From assembly GCA_963934675.1 (NCBI GenBank), contig CAWVZP010000001.1, positions 105 through 64,104 of the forward strand: a stretch of 64,000 nt of DNA, in the 5' to 3' direction. This DNA comes from an uncultured Gammaproteobacteria bacterium. GTDB lineage: Bacteria; Pseudomonadota; Gammaproteobacteria; GCA-001735895. The position numbers and the translations under genes were made by a program. This document shows positions 43,533-53,245 of the stretch, one piece after another. The notes under the pieces were generated by a model, which worked only from the letters and a program-made list of their open reading frames with translations, did no database searches and had not been told where the DNA came from. Numbering within the stretch: the stretch's first letter is position 1; each line of letters begins with the position of its first letter.

Positions 43533-44552
43533 ATGGAGACTTTAATGTCCATCACATCAAAAATAGCTGCGGCACTAGTGCTTAGCGCTTTTGTTTTTAG
43601 TACCGGCTTTGCTGCAAAGCCAACACTCACCGTTTATACCTATGATTCGTTTACGAGCGATTGGGGCCCTGGCCCGCAGATTAAAAAAGCATTCGAAGAA
43701 ACCTGCAATTGCACCCTGGCACTGGTTGGTTTAGAGGATGGTGTTTCATTACTAAACCGTCTAAAATTGGAAGGAAAAAATACCAATGCTGATGTTGTTT
43801 TAGGTATCGATACCAACCTGACGGCTGATGCTAGAGCGAGTGGTCTATTTACAAAACACCAGCTGCCAATGACAAAGTCTACTCTCCCACAGGTATGGAA
43901 AGACGATACTTTTCTACCTTATGATTATGGTTATTTCGCATTTGTTTATAATTCAGAGCTATTGAAAAATCCACCTACAAGTCTGAAAGATTTAGTAGAA
44001 AATGACAACGGGCCGACGGTCTTAATTCAAGACCCACGCACCAGCACGCCAGGTTTGGGCTTGTTGCTTTGGATCAAAAAAGTCTATGGAGATAAGTCCG
44101 ATGAGGCTTGGAAGAAACTATCTCCACGAATCGTAACCGTCAGCAAAGGCTGGAGTGAAGCTTATGGTCTTTTCCTCAAGGAAGAAGCCGAGATGGTTTT
44201 AAGCTACACCACATCACCGGCCTATCACATTATTGCCGAAGACGATAAACGCTTTGCTGCAGCAGAATTCTCCGAAGGCCATTATCAACAAATTGAAGTA
44301 GCCGGACTAGTGGAAGCCAGCCAACAGAAGGCATTAGGTCGTCAGTTTTTATCGTTTATGCAAGATGAAAAATTTCAGGCAATCATTCCTACGACTAACT
44401 GGATGTACCCCGCCGCTTTAGCCAAAACAAGCTTGCCTGAAGGTTTCAACGAATTGGTTCAACCAGCAACAACGCTTATTTTCACTGAAGATAGTATCGA
44501 AAAGAACCGAAAAAAATGGGTCAATGAGTGGTTAGAGGTCATGTCTGAGTAA
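43533..44552 (+). CDS. thiB: Thiamine ABC transporter periplasmic binding protein
   Basis: Near-collinear with E. coli ThiB/TbpA (KPTLTVYTYDSFTSDWGPGP.., ..DPRTSTPGLGLLLW.., ..SYTTSPAYHI..). It follows a TPP riboswitch. The start is possibly MSITSK, 12 nt later. Confidence 0.9.
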   Translation: METLMSITSKIAAALVLSAFVFSTGFAAKPTLTVYTYDSFTSDWGPGPQIKKAFEETCNCTLALVGLEDGVSLLNRLKLEGKNTNADVVLGIDTNLTADARASGLFTKHQLPMTKSTLPQVWKDDTFLPYDYGYFAFVYNSELLKNPPTSLKDLVENDNGPTVLIQDPRTSTPGLGLLLWIKKVYGDKSDEAWKKLSPRIVTVSKGWSEAYGLFLKEEAEMVLSYTTSPAYHIIAEDDKRFAAAEFSEGHYQQIEVAGLVEASQQKALGRQFLSFMQDEKFQAIIPTTNWMYPAALAKTSLPEGFNELVQPATTLIFTEDSIEKNRKKWVNEWLEVMSE

Positions 44553-44612
44553 ACTTCCTAAGTTATTTATCAAAGTAATTTGCCAAATTAATACGGCTAT
44601 ATAATTTCTGCC

Positions 44613-46190
44613 ATGCACCTAACCTATCCAACCAGAACAGGCTATTGGGTACTCGCGATATTGGCGTTGGCTGTGCTGACGCCAATGTTGGGTTTGTTAG
44701 TTCAAACTAGTCTAATAGGGGATAATTCTAACAACCTACCGTTTTGGCAAAGTAGTTTTATTCAACGAGTTATATTCTTTAGTTTATGGCAAGCACTTCT
44801 GTCGGCTGGTCTCAGTATCCTACTCGCTTTGCTGGTTGCAAGAGCGTTGGCACACTTCGGCGAATTTCCATTCAGAGGGTTGCTGCTAAGACTATTTGGC
44901 TTACCGTTGGTGGTCCCCTCGATAGTTGCCGTGATGGGCGTTGTCTCTGTCTATGGCAGTAATGGCTGGATCCCACTGGGCCGATCTCTATATGGACTGA
45001 ATGGCATTTTGCTGGCACATGTATTTTTTAACATGCCGTTAGCAGTACGATTACTACTTCCCGTCTGGCAATCAATACCAACCCATCATTGGCAAATGAG
45101 TGAGCAATTGGGGCTCACTCGTTGGCAGCAGTGGCGGCACCTGGAATGGCAGGCATTACGAGAAAGTTTACCCGGTGTATCACTGCTAATTTTCATGCTG
45201 TGCCTGACAAGCTTTGCGGTGGTGCTAACACTAGGCGGTGGTCCAAAAAGTACAACACTCGAAGTCGCCATATACCAATCACTTCGATTTGATTTCGATC
45301 CCCCTCGCGCGGTGGCGCTCGCATTATTGCAACTAGGCTTATGTGTGCTGGTTGCCTGGGCCAGTTCACTATTTCATAAGCTGCCGGATGTAGAAATAAC
45401 GTTACCTAATGCGCAAACTAACACCCAATCAACAAACCGAGTATTGAACAGCATGATCATACTTGTTGCGGTCATATTTGTGAGTATGCCCTTAGTCGCG
45501 ATGCTTATCGATTCAATCAATGGATCGATAATCGACGTCATTAAGCAGCCAAAACTATGGTTATCAGCGAGTCTAACGCTATTAATTGGTCTGGGTGCTT
45601 CCAGCCTTGCGGTGATTGCTGGTTGGCTATTGCTGGATACCAGCTCCGATCTTGCTGTTCTAGGTCGAAAAAGAAAAGCCAGCCTAATAGAAATGTTAGG
45701 TTCAATCGTTTATGTCGTGCCGCCACTGGTGATTGGTACGGGACTTTTCGTATTGATGGCGCCATATCTCAATGTTTTTGACTGGGCCATTCCAGTCGTC
45801 ATTGTTATCAATGCGATGATGGGTTTGCCCTTTGTTATTCGGACGCTTGGTCCAGCCATGCGCCAAAATAAAATGCGTTACCAAAATTTATGCGCAAGCC
45901 TGGCATTAACAAAATGGCAGCGTTTTAAAACTGTCGAATGGCCTCTGCTACGAAAACCCGTCGGTTTGTCTAGCGCGCTGGTCGCAGCGATGGCAATGGG
46001 CGACTTGGGCGTTATTGCTTTATTCGGCACACCAGAAATTACGACATTGCCACTCATGTTATACCATCAGCTATCGGCCTATCTGATACCGAATGCAGCC
46101 GTTACCGCTGTTTTTTTACTGACATTTTGTTTATTGATTTTCTGGTTGCTAGAAAAATTAATTGGAGGCAAATCAAATGTTGAGTATTGA
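44613..46190 (+). CDS. thiP: Thiamine ABC transporter permease
   Basis: 525 aa with ~12 TM segments and a duplicated ABC TMD signature, positioned between thiB and thiQ. Confidence 0.85.
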   Translation: MHLTYPTRTGYWVLAILALAVLTPMLGLLVQTSLIGDNSNNLPFWQSSFIQRVIFFSLWQALLSAGLSILLALLVARALAHFGEFPFRGLLLRLFGLPLVVPSIVAVMGVVSVYGSNGWIPLGRSLYGLNGILLAHVFFNMPLAVRLLLPVWQSIPTHHWQMSEQLGLTRWQQWRHLEWQALRESLPGVSLLIFMLCLTSFAVVLTLGGGPKSTTLEVAIYQSLRFDFDPPRAVALALLQLGLCVLVAWASSLFHKLPDVEITLPNAQTNTQSTNRVLNSMIILVAVIFVSMPLVAMLIDSINGSIIDVIKQPKLWLSASLTLLIGLGASSLAVIAGWLLLDTSSDLAVLGRKRKASLIEMLGSIVYVVPPLVIGTGLFVLMAPYLNVFDWAIPVVIVINAMMGLPFVIRTLGPAMRQNKMRYQNLCASLALTKWQRFKTVEWPLLRKPVGLSSALVAAMAMGDLGVIALFGTPEITTLPLMLYHQLSAYLIPNAAVTAVFLLTFCLLIFWLLEKLIGGKSNVEY

Positions 46191-46968
46191 GCAATTACAA
46201 TTTTGTTATTTACCGCATAGCACAGCGCAAAACCTAAAATCAAAAAGAAGTAATGAAACAAGCAAGATAAAAGGTAATACAAAAGATGCATTAGCGATGT
46301 GTTTCGATCTCTCTGTTAATTCAGGCGAAGTGCTAAGTCTGATTGGTCCCAGTGGCTCAGGCAAAAGCACACTACTCAAACTCATTGCAGGATTTTTACC
46401 GGCCAGTAATGGAAAAGTTGAAATTGAAATAAAAAACCAAAAAAAACCTCAGTCAATTCAATCATTGCGACCAGCCAAACGTCCGGTGACGATGTTATTT
46501 CAGGAACATAACCTGTTCCCCCATTTAGACATTTACACCAATATAGCATTGGGTATCAACCCATCCCTGAAGCTGACAGCACAACAAAATGTATTGATAG
46601 ATCAAGCACTTGAAAGTCTGGGCTTGCAAGACATGCAAAAGCGCAGTCCTGGAAGTTTATCTGGCGGCCAAAGACAACGCGTAGCACTCGCCAGAGCACT
46701 GGTGCGGCAACATCCCATTTTATTACTCGATGAACCCTTTGCCGCACTAGGCCCGGCGCAGCGCGAGGAAATGATCAGCTTAGTCAAAGCAATGGTCGAA
46801 GATAAAAATATGTGTGCACTGCTAGTAAGTCATCAACCTAGCGATGCACTGTTAGCATCAAGGCGAACCGCATTCATTAATAATGGCCAAGTTATTAAAA
46901 TTGATGAAACAAAAAAGTTACTCAGTCAGTCGGGCCTCGCTGAAATTAATCAATACTTAGGGACATAG
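46177..46968 (+). CDS. thiQ: Thiamine ABC transporter ATP-binding protein
   Basis: Walker A GPSGSGKST, ABC signature LSGGQRQRVALAR and Walker B ILLLDEP. The ATG overlaps the thiP stop. It carries a ~25-aa Lys-rich insertion N-terminal to the Walker A motif relative to E. coli ThiQ. Confidence 0.85.
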   Translation: MLSIEQLQFCYLPHSTAQNLKSKRSNETSKIKGNTKDALAMCFDLSVNSGEVLSLIGPSGSGKSTLLKLIAGFLPASNGKVEIEIKNQKKPQSIQSLRPAKRPVTMLFQEHNLFPHLDIYTNIALGINPSLKLTAQQNVLIDQALESLGLQDMQKRSPGSLSGGQRQRVALARALVRQHPILLLDEPFAALGPAQREEMISLVKAMVEDKNMCALLVSHQPSDALLASRRTAFINNGQVIKIDETKKLLSQSGLAEINQYLGT

Positions 46969-47780
46969 TGAATAGCGAGACTATAAAATTACTGGAAATC
47001 AGCTTCAAACGGGTTCCAGAATTATCGGTCTACACAATCAATGACTTCGACATTAACCCACTATCAGGTTACACAAACCTAAACTTCCACTTAAAAAGTA
47101 CAATACACGATTGGGTTTTACGAATCCCAAAAGACAAAACAAATGGCTATATCAACCGAGTTGAGGAAGCCCATAATGCTAAAATCGCATTTAATCTTGG
47201 TCTGGCGCCAAAGTGTTTGTGGCGTGATGGTAGCGGATACAGTTTAAGTAGTACTATTAGGCAATCTCGTTCTGCAGAAGTGTCTGACCTTAGTAACCCT
47301 GATCAACTAAAGCCGCTAGTCGCAGCCTTGCAACAGTTACACCAAAGCAATCAGGCTTTTCAAGGTACAGTTGATATAAATCAACTACTTACGCGTTACT
47401 ATATGTTGATGCCAAACTCTAAACGGCAGCTACTGCTCAATCGCTATCACGATGCAACAATAAAAGTAAAAAACGTCTTGCAGCAAGTGCACAGGCTCGT
47501 ACCATCACATAACGATCTGGTACTCGAAAATATATTAATCGACAGTCATAACCATACTCATCGGGTGTGGATAATCGACTGGGAATACGCCACGATGGGA
47601 TCGCCCTACTGGGATCTCGCAACATTGTGCAACCAAGGTAAGCTTACGACGATTCAGGCAGAAAACTTGCTGAGTCTTTATCAAAATAAGAGTCAGGCGC
47701 TTAATTTAAAAACACTGAGTGACTATCGTGACATTTTAAACGCGCTTTCAACTTTCTGGATGGCAGCGCTTGCTAGTTAA
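46968..47780 (+). CDS. Thiamine kinase-like phosphotransferase (ThiK/choline-kinase fold)
   Basis: The APH/ChoK catalytic pattern HNDLVLENILID..WIIDWEYATMGSPYWDLA parallels E. coli ThiK (HMDVHAGNLVH..LIDWEYAGDGD). Length 270 aa versus 274 aa for ThiK. The start overlaps the thiQ stop. Confidence 0.55.
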   Translation: MNSETIKLLEISFKRVPELSVYTINDFDINPLSGYTNLNFHLKSTIHDWVLRIPKDKTNGYINRVEEAHNAKIAFNLGLAPKCLWRDGSGYSLSSTIRQSRSAEVSDLSNPDQLKPLVAALQQLHQSNQAFQGTVDINQLLTRYYMLMPNSKRQLLLNRYHDATIKVKNVLQQVHRLVPSHNDLVLENILIDSHNHTHRVWIIDWEYATMGSPYWDLATLCNQGKLTTIQAENLLSLYQNKSQALNLKTLSDYRDILNALSTFWMAALAS

Positions 47781-47803
47781 AATCCAAAGCTAGAAAACAA
47801 TCT

Positions 47804-48712
47804 ATGAGCTCTACAAATTTATATCTATCAGCCGTATTGATCTGGGGCTCCACTTGGTATGCCATAAAATTTCAACTCGGTATTGTCGATCCAGAGGTCT
47901 CGCTAGTGTATCGATTTGCGCTGGCTGCCATTATCTTGTTAGGTTTTTGTTTATGGCGAAAAAAGAATCTACGCTTTAGCCTGTCCGAGCATCGCTTTAT
48001 GGCGTTACAAGGTTTGTTTTTGTTTTCAAGTAATTATCTTGTTTTCTACTGGGCAACCGAATTACTCACATCTGGCATCGTCGCACTTCTTTTCTCCACG
48101 GTGATCTTGATGAACATTGTCAACAGCGCTATTTTTCTCGGAAAGCGCGTTAACGCAAGAGTCATCGTCGGCGCCATGTTTGGCATAGCGGGCATCGCCG
48201 CTGTATTCTGGTCAGAGCTATCTATCGTCGAACACAATGCTGAAAGCTGGCATGGATTATGGCTTTGCCTCATCGCCACATTCTTTGCCTCAATCGGCAA
48301 CATCATTTCGGCTCGAAATCAAACAAACAACTTGCCAGTGCTGCAAACAAACGCCTGGGGCATGACCTATGGCACAATCATCATGACCCTATTTGCATTG
48401 TTCAATGGTGCCGATTTCAACTACGACACGTCAATCAGCTATAGCCTGTCGTTGGTTTATCTCAGTGTATTCGGATCAATCTTCGCATTCGGTTGCTATC
48501 TAACCCTAATCGGACGAATCGGAGCAGACAAAGCAGCCTACACGGCCGTATTGTTTCCGATCATAGCACTCGGCCTGTCGACATTATTTGAGGGCTATCA
48601 ATGGAGTATTGAGGCGTTGTTTGGATTTTGTCTGGTACTGTTTGGTAACTATGTGGTGCTCACGAAGACTGCTGTGAAGAATATGGGCAGGCTCTGGGGA
48701 AAAGCTGAATAG
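47804..48712 (+). CDS. DMT superfamily transporter (EamA-like, 10 TM)
   Basis: 302 aa with two EamA-type 5-TM halves. It is co-oriented with the thiBPQ-thiK cluster. Confidence 0.75.
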   Translation: MSSTNLYLSAVLIWGSTWYAIKFQLGIVDPEVSLVYRFALAAIILLGFCLWRKKNLRFSLSEHRFMALQGLFLFSSNYLVFYWATELLTSGIVALLFSTVILMNIVNSAIFLGKRVNARVIVGAMFGIAGIAAVFWSELSIVEHNAESWHGLWLCLIATFFASIGNIISARNQTNNLPVLQTNAWGMTYGTIIMTLFALFNGADFNYDTSISYSLSLVYLSVFGSIFAFGCYLTLIGRIGADKAAYTAVLFPIIALGLSTLFEGYQWSIEALFGFCLVLFGNYVVLTKTAVKNMGRLWGKAE

Positions 48713-48740
48713 TGATTGAGTTAAGAGCACTACTTAACAG
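48565..48740 (+). repeat. Direct repeat copy A (3' end of the DMT transporter gene plus ~30 bp downstream)
   Basis: Aligns with 50365-50540 at an offset of exactly 1800 bp. Identity is ~87% over the best 60 bp (atggagtattga..tttgg..tctggtactg..atgtggtgct) and ~80% overall. Confidence 0.6.
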
Positions 48741-48873
48741 CGGTTAGCTGCTTTACACTTTCTATACTTAAAGGTCGTTCGAAACTATTTATGGCCAATT
48801 CTTAGCCTTACGTGTTTTAGTCAAACCTGTATGCCATGCAATACTTACTAATGAAAAAAAGGTTACGATCTTT

Positions 48874-50055
48874 ATGCATTTCAATAAAATTATTTTTCTT
48901 GCTGTAACTTCACTATTTTTTTCTACTTTTAATGCAACAGCAGCGACTGATGCCATTGAAGGTATGGTCTATTGGCAGGAAGATGCCAAAGGCAAGGTAA
49001 GGTTTATTGGTGATAATCCTCATCCAGTTCCTTATACAGTTGAAGTGAAGTTTAGTCACCTCGAAAATATGCGACCATCTAAACAAGCTCCGTTTATCTT
49101 TACGTTAAAAGCTAACAGCTATGAAAATAATCTCTTAACTTTAACTCGGGTCAAAAATAACAGCTATCGCTTTGGCGTGACAACGCGGGTTGTGCCAGGT
49201 CTAGGCGCCAATACTCGTCATCAAGACGATTTTTTATACCTGTTACCTTTCGAACACGGCAAAAAATATCAAGTTGACCAGGGTTATTTTGGCTCGGCAA
49301 CCCATAAAGATCCGAATCCGTACGCTATCGATTTTAGTATGGATACTGGCACCGTGGTCTGTGCTGCTCGTGGCGGTATCGTGGTGGAGGTAAAAGAAGA
49401 TTCAAACATTGGTGGCCTAGGTTATAAATATGCAAAATATGCTAATTTTGTCACTATTTTTCATAAAGATGGTTCATTTGGCAATTATGCCCATCTCAAA
49501 AAAGGCGGTGCACTGGTTAAAAAGGGACAAGTCGTCAAGGCTGGCCAACCCATTGGATTAAGTGGCAATACCGGGCAATCATCTGGTCCCCATTTGCATT
49601 TTGAAATATTTTCTTATAACACAAAGGGTGAATCGAGAAATCTGTCGGTTAAATTTATCAGCCATCAACAAAGCGATTTGACGAAATTAAAAAAAGGTCG
49701 GTTTTATTATGCCCTACACCCCAATCAACCGGATTTCAAGGTGTTGTTAGGGGCCGATATGAATAATGATGATGTTAAAAAGGTCCATCCACTAGATTTT
49801 AACGATCAGTTTGAAATCACTACCGAATCAGTTGATGATACTATAATTGTCTATGCCAGCAATGGTACATATTCGACAATGGATATTGAGTTAGAGTTTG
49901 AACTTCAAAACCTCACTAGCAGCCGTTTGTCTCCTATCAAAGTATCAGTGCCACCTTTAAGCAAGCAGTTCATCACGCTGCTAAAACCGGTTAGCCACAA
50001 CATATCCAGCCAATATTCGTATTCACTAAAACAGAAAATAAAGGGCTTGAAATAG
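48874..50055 (+). CDS. Secreted M23 family (LytM-type) metallopeptidase with an N-terminal beta-rich domain
   Basis: Signal peptide. M23 zinc ligands are present in context (..HxxxD-like DFSMDTG.. and SGPHLHFEI). Confidence 0.8.
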   Translation: MHFNKIIFLAVTSLFFSTFNATAATDAIEGMVYWQEDAKGKVRFIGDNPHPVPYTVEVKFSHLENMRPSKQAPFIFTLKANSYENNLLTLTRVKNNSYRFGVTTRVVPGLGANTRHQDDFLYLLPFEHGKKYQVDQGYFGSATHKDPNPYAIDFSMDTGTVVCAARGGIVVEVKEDSNIGGLGYKYAKYANFVTIFHKDGSFGNYAHLKKGGALVKKGQVVKAGQPIGLSGNTGQSSGPHLHFEIFSYNTKGESRNLSVKFISHQQSDLTKLKKGRFYYALHPNQPDFKVLLGADMNNDDVKKVHPLDFNDQFEITTESVDDTIIVYASNGTYSTMDIELEFELQNLTSSRLSPIKVSVPPLSKQFITLLKPVSHNISSQYSYSLKQKIKGLK

Positions 50056-50364
50056 ATAGTAACAAACATAAACAAGCTATAGCACTTAATAGAACTATTA
50101 AAGGCAAGCCAATAAAAGTCCGTGGTCTAGGAGCCTGTCGGACTTAGGATAAATCTACTGCGGAAAAGCCATTTTGGCCAAATTTCTCGATCCAATCCGT
50201 TGAATAGAACCACTATTCGCCTCTTTCGATCAAAAAATTTAACTCAAATGACTTTCCCTCGCTAGGATTACCTAAGTCCGACAGACTCCTTTTAGCTAAG
50301 TCTCTTACCATACATTTAATAGCTTTGACCGAAATGAGGATTTCGCCATCCTGTTTCGAGTAAC

Positions 50365-50540
50365 AGCACTTTGTTTGTCGACATTGTTCAGAATTCATCA
50401 ATGGAGTATTGAAACGCGGTTTGGATGTTGTCTAGTACTGCTTGGAAACTATGTGGTGCTAACTTAGGCAGCAGTGAAAAACATAGGCAGGTCTGGGATA
50501 AAGCAGAATAGCGATATCAGTTAAGAGCATTAGTTAAGCC
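50365..50540 (+). repeat. Direct repeat copy B: diverged, non-coding duplicate of the DMT gene 3' end
   Basis: See copy A. The frame is broken (stop codons) so it is not translated as a transporter C-terminus. Confidence 0.6.
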
Positions 50541-50772
50541 GCAAGTATGGTTAATCAGTATTTAACAAGCTAAGCAGTCTTGGATGAATGCAAATCAAAT
50601 CCACCATAGGATTTCATGCTGAACTCCTTCGCTAAGCGGTTTGGTTTTTGAGGTTGGAACTACTGACCTTAACGCTAGTTCAAATGAGATTTGAATCTCA
50701 TTATTAGGGTTTCAAAATTGTATTTAAATGTGACTGATATGTCCTGAAAAGGCCTAACCCTAAGACCTTAAG

Positions 50773-51513
50773 TTAATGATTTTCATCTGCTTGCATTCGT
50801 CGTTCGAGCCAACGCACACCTGCTGAAACAATTAGTATCAAAACCAGATATTCGAGGACTAGTATGGTGTAAATTTCGAGTGGTCGGTATTCCGTGACTA
50901 CTAGTTCGTTGGCGCGGCGGGGAAGTTCCTGAAGACCGATAATCGAAACAAGTGACGACATTTTCATCATATAGACCAGCTGATTGCCTAGAGCCGGTAA
51001 AATTCGCTTAATCGCTTGTGGAAGAATGACATAACGCATGGTGTCAGAATAACTCAGCGATATCGAATGTGCAGCTTCGTATTGGCCCTTGTCGATAGAC
51101 TGAATACCTGCACGAAAAATCTCAGCTTCAAAAGCGCTGTCTGATAAAGCCAGGGCCAACACACCCGCCCAGAATACGGTAATAGAAATGCCCGCCAGTT
51201 GTGGCAAGCCGTAATAAACCCAGAGGATTAAAACCAGAATCGGAACTGCGCGTACCAGTTCGACATAGGTTCGATTGATGCCGCGAATACCACGTTTTTT
51301 CGATAACCCTGGCAAAGCTATTAGTAGGCCAAGTATTACTGAAATAAATATTGAACAGACTGACAATAGAATCGTGTAATAAAAACCATCAAACAAAAAC
51401 TTCAAGTTAGATAAGCCATTCGCCTGCATCGGGTTGACCACATACCAACCCCAGTCACCGGAGCAGCCACTGATCAATAATAGAAGTACAAACAGTGTTA
51501 CGATTTTTTTCAT
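50773..51513 (-). CDS. Polar amino-acid ABC transporter permease (HisM/GlnP family)
   Basis: 246 aa with ~5 TM segments and an EAA-type loop (..SLSYSDTMRYVILPQA..). It lies downstream of the ATPase gene. Confidence 0.8.
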   Translation of the reverse strand: MKKIVTLFVLLLLISGCSGDWGWYVVNPMQANGLSNLKFLFDGFYYTILLSVCSIFISVILGLLIALPGLSKKRGIRGINRTYVELVRAVPILVLILWVYYGLPQLAGISITVFWAGVLALALSDSAFEAEIFRAGIQSIDKGQYEAAHSISLSYSDTMRYVILPQAIKRILPALGNQLVYMMKMSSLVSIIGLQELPRRANELVVTEYRPLEIYTILVLEYLVLILIVSAGVRWLERRMQADENH

Positions 51514-51526
51514 TCTTGAATTCCAA

Positions 51527-52276
51527 TCAATGATGCAGAATTTTTTGGAGAAAGTCCTTGCAGCGAAGGCTTGTGGGGTTGCTAAAGAATTGATCGGGCG
51601 CTGCGACTTCGACTATTTCACCGTGATCCATAAACACCATTTTATCAGCCACTCGCCGTGCAAAACCCATTTCATGAGTGACGCATATCATTGTCATACC
51701 ACTGTCGGCAAGTTCGACCATTACTTCGAGTACCTCGTTGATCATCTCAGGATCAAGTGCGGAGGTAGGCTCGTCAAACAAAATAATTTCGGGTTCCATG
51801 CACAATGAACGTGCAATCGCCACTCGCTGTTGTTGACCGCCCGACAATTGGCGTGGATATTTATCAGCTTGTTCTGGAATGTGCACGCGATCAAGATAAG
51901 ACATTGCCAGTGCATTGGCTTTGTTTTTATCTATCTTCAAAGCGTGCAATGGCCCGAGAGTGATATTCTCGAGCACGGTTAAATGCGGAAACAGATTAAA
52001 CTGTTGAAAAACCATACCAACCCGCGACAATGTTTTCTTTTGGTCTTTCAGCTGATCGTTAAGTTCAGTGCCTTCTATAAAAATTTGACCACTTTCAGGT
52101 TTTTCTAGCTGGTTGATGCAGCGTATCAATGTCGATTTGCCCGAACCTGAAGGTCCACAGACAACGATACGTTGTTTAGCTTCGATATCGAGCGACACGT
52201 TTTTTAAAGCCTGAAATTCTCCAAAGGATTTGTTAACCTTTTGAATCGAAATAAACGGTTGGGAGGTTGACTGCAT
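51527..52276 (-). CDS. Polar amino-acid ABC transporter ATP-binding protein
   Basis: Walker A GPSGSGKST, signature LSGGQQQRVAIAR, Walker B ILFDEPTSALD and an H-loop. Confidence 0.85.
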   Translation of the reverse strand: MQSTSQPFISIQKVNKSFGEFQALKNVSLDIEAKQRIVVCGPSGSGKSTLIRCINQLEKPESGQIFIEGTELNDQLKDQKKTLSRVGMVFQQFNLFPHLTVLENITLGPLHALKIDKNKANALAMSYLDRVHIPEQADKYPRQLSGGQQQRVAIARSLCMEPEIILFDEPTSALDPEMINEVLEVMVELADSGMTMICVTHEMGFARRVADKMVFMDHGEIVEVAAPDQFFSNPTSLRCKDFLQKILHH

Positions 52277-52423
52277 TCTGGCTCTCGCAAAGGAACAACT
52301 TTGATTGAACCACGCTGTTGAAGTTGATGCAAAATATTTTACGAAAGTTGCATAATTTACAGCTACGTGAAATTATACAGTTAGTTGAAATTAAACAGCT
52401 ATAACGACAACATAGAGATTATT

Positions 52424-53200
52424 ATGAATTTTATAAAAGCGATTACACTGGCTTTAGTATTAGTCTGCGGCGTCAGTCAGGCACATGACCAGTCTGCATT
52501 AAAAGATATTTTAAGCAGTGGTGTGTTAAAAGTCGGCACAACTGGCGACTGGAACCCGATAACGATGATAGATCCGGCTACCAATGGCTATAAAGGTTAC
52601 GACATCGATGTCATGACTGAGCTCGCCAAAGATATGGGCGTCACCCTTGAATTTGTTCCAGCCGATTGGAAAACACTGGTTAGTGGTGTGACCTCGGGTA
52701 AGTATCACATGACTGGTTCTGCCTCTGTTTCGCCTTCAAGGGCAAAGGCAACGGGTTACTCTAACAGCTATTTTTCGTTGGCAACCGTGCCTTTAATCCT
52801 TGCAAAAAATTCGGACAAGTATAACGACTGGGCTGATCTTGATAAAGCTGATGTGACAATTGCCGCAACGCTGGGAACCACTCAGGAAAAACAGGTCAAA
52901 AACTATTTTCCAAATGCTCAACATAAAATAGTTGAAGCACCAGCACGAGATTTTCAGGAAGTGCTTTCGGGCAGAGCTGACGCACACATTACATCGAATG
53001 TAGAAGCCAATAAATTAGTGGTTCAGTATCCTCAAATGATGATTGTGCCGGTTTCTGCGCCTAAATCACCCACACCAATTGCGATGTTGTTACCTCAGGC
53101 AGATCAGGTTTGGATTAATTATGTTAACACTTGGATTCGATTAAAACAGGAACGTGGTTTTTTTATTGAGTTAGGTGCTAAGTGGAATTTAAATAATTAA
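52424..53200 (+). CDS. Family-3 periplasmic solute-binding protein (amino-acid ABC transporter SBP / cyclohexadienyl-dehydratase-like)
   Basis: Signal peptide MNFIKAITLALVLVCGVSQA and the type-II SBP fold pattern. It is divergent from the ATPase-permease pair. The ORF-track start is 39 nt too long. Confidence 0.7.
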   Translation: MNFIKAITLALVLVCGVSQAHDQSALKDILSSGVLKVGTTGDWNPITMIDPATNGYKGYDIDVMTELAKDMGVTLEFVPADWKTLVSGVTSGKYHMTGSASVSPSRAKATGYSNSYFSLATVPLILAKNSDKYNDWADLDKADVTIAATLGTTQEKQVKNYFPNAQHKIVEAPARDFQEVLSGRADAHITSNVEANKLVVQYPQMMIVPVSAPKSPTPIAMLLPQADQVWINYVNTWIRLKQERGFFIELGAKWNLNN

Positions 53201-53245
53201 TCAAAAGTACTTAAAAGGTGGGGTGAAACAGCCCCATCTAATTTT

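Noticed and set aside
50213-50401. A 62-aa minus-strand ORF between the M23 peptidase and the duplicated DMT 3' fragment.
   Set aside because: It has no motifs or RBS and overlaps the diverged repeat copy B. It is most likely noise in a non-coding remnant.
50560-50700. Possible tRNA-like or stem-loop sequence (tcaaatgagatttgaatctcatt and surroundings).
   Set aside because: It is a simple hairpin only. No cloverleaf, anticodon loop or acceptor stem could be built, so it was not called as tRNA.
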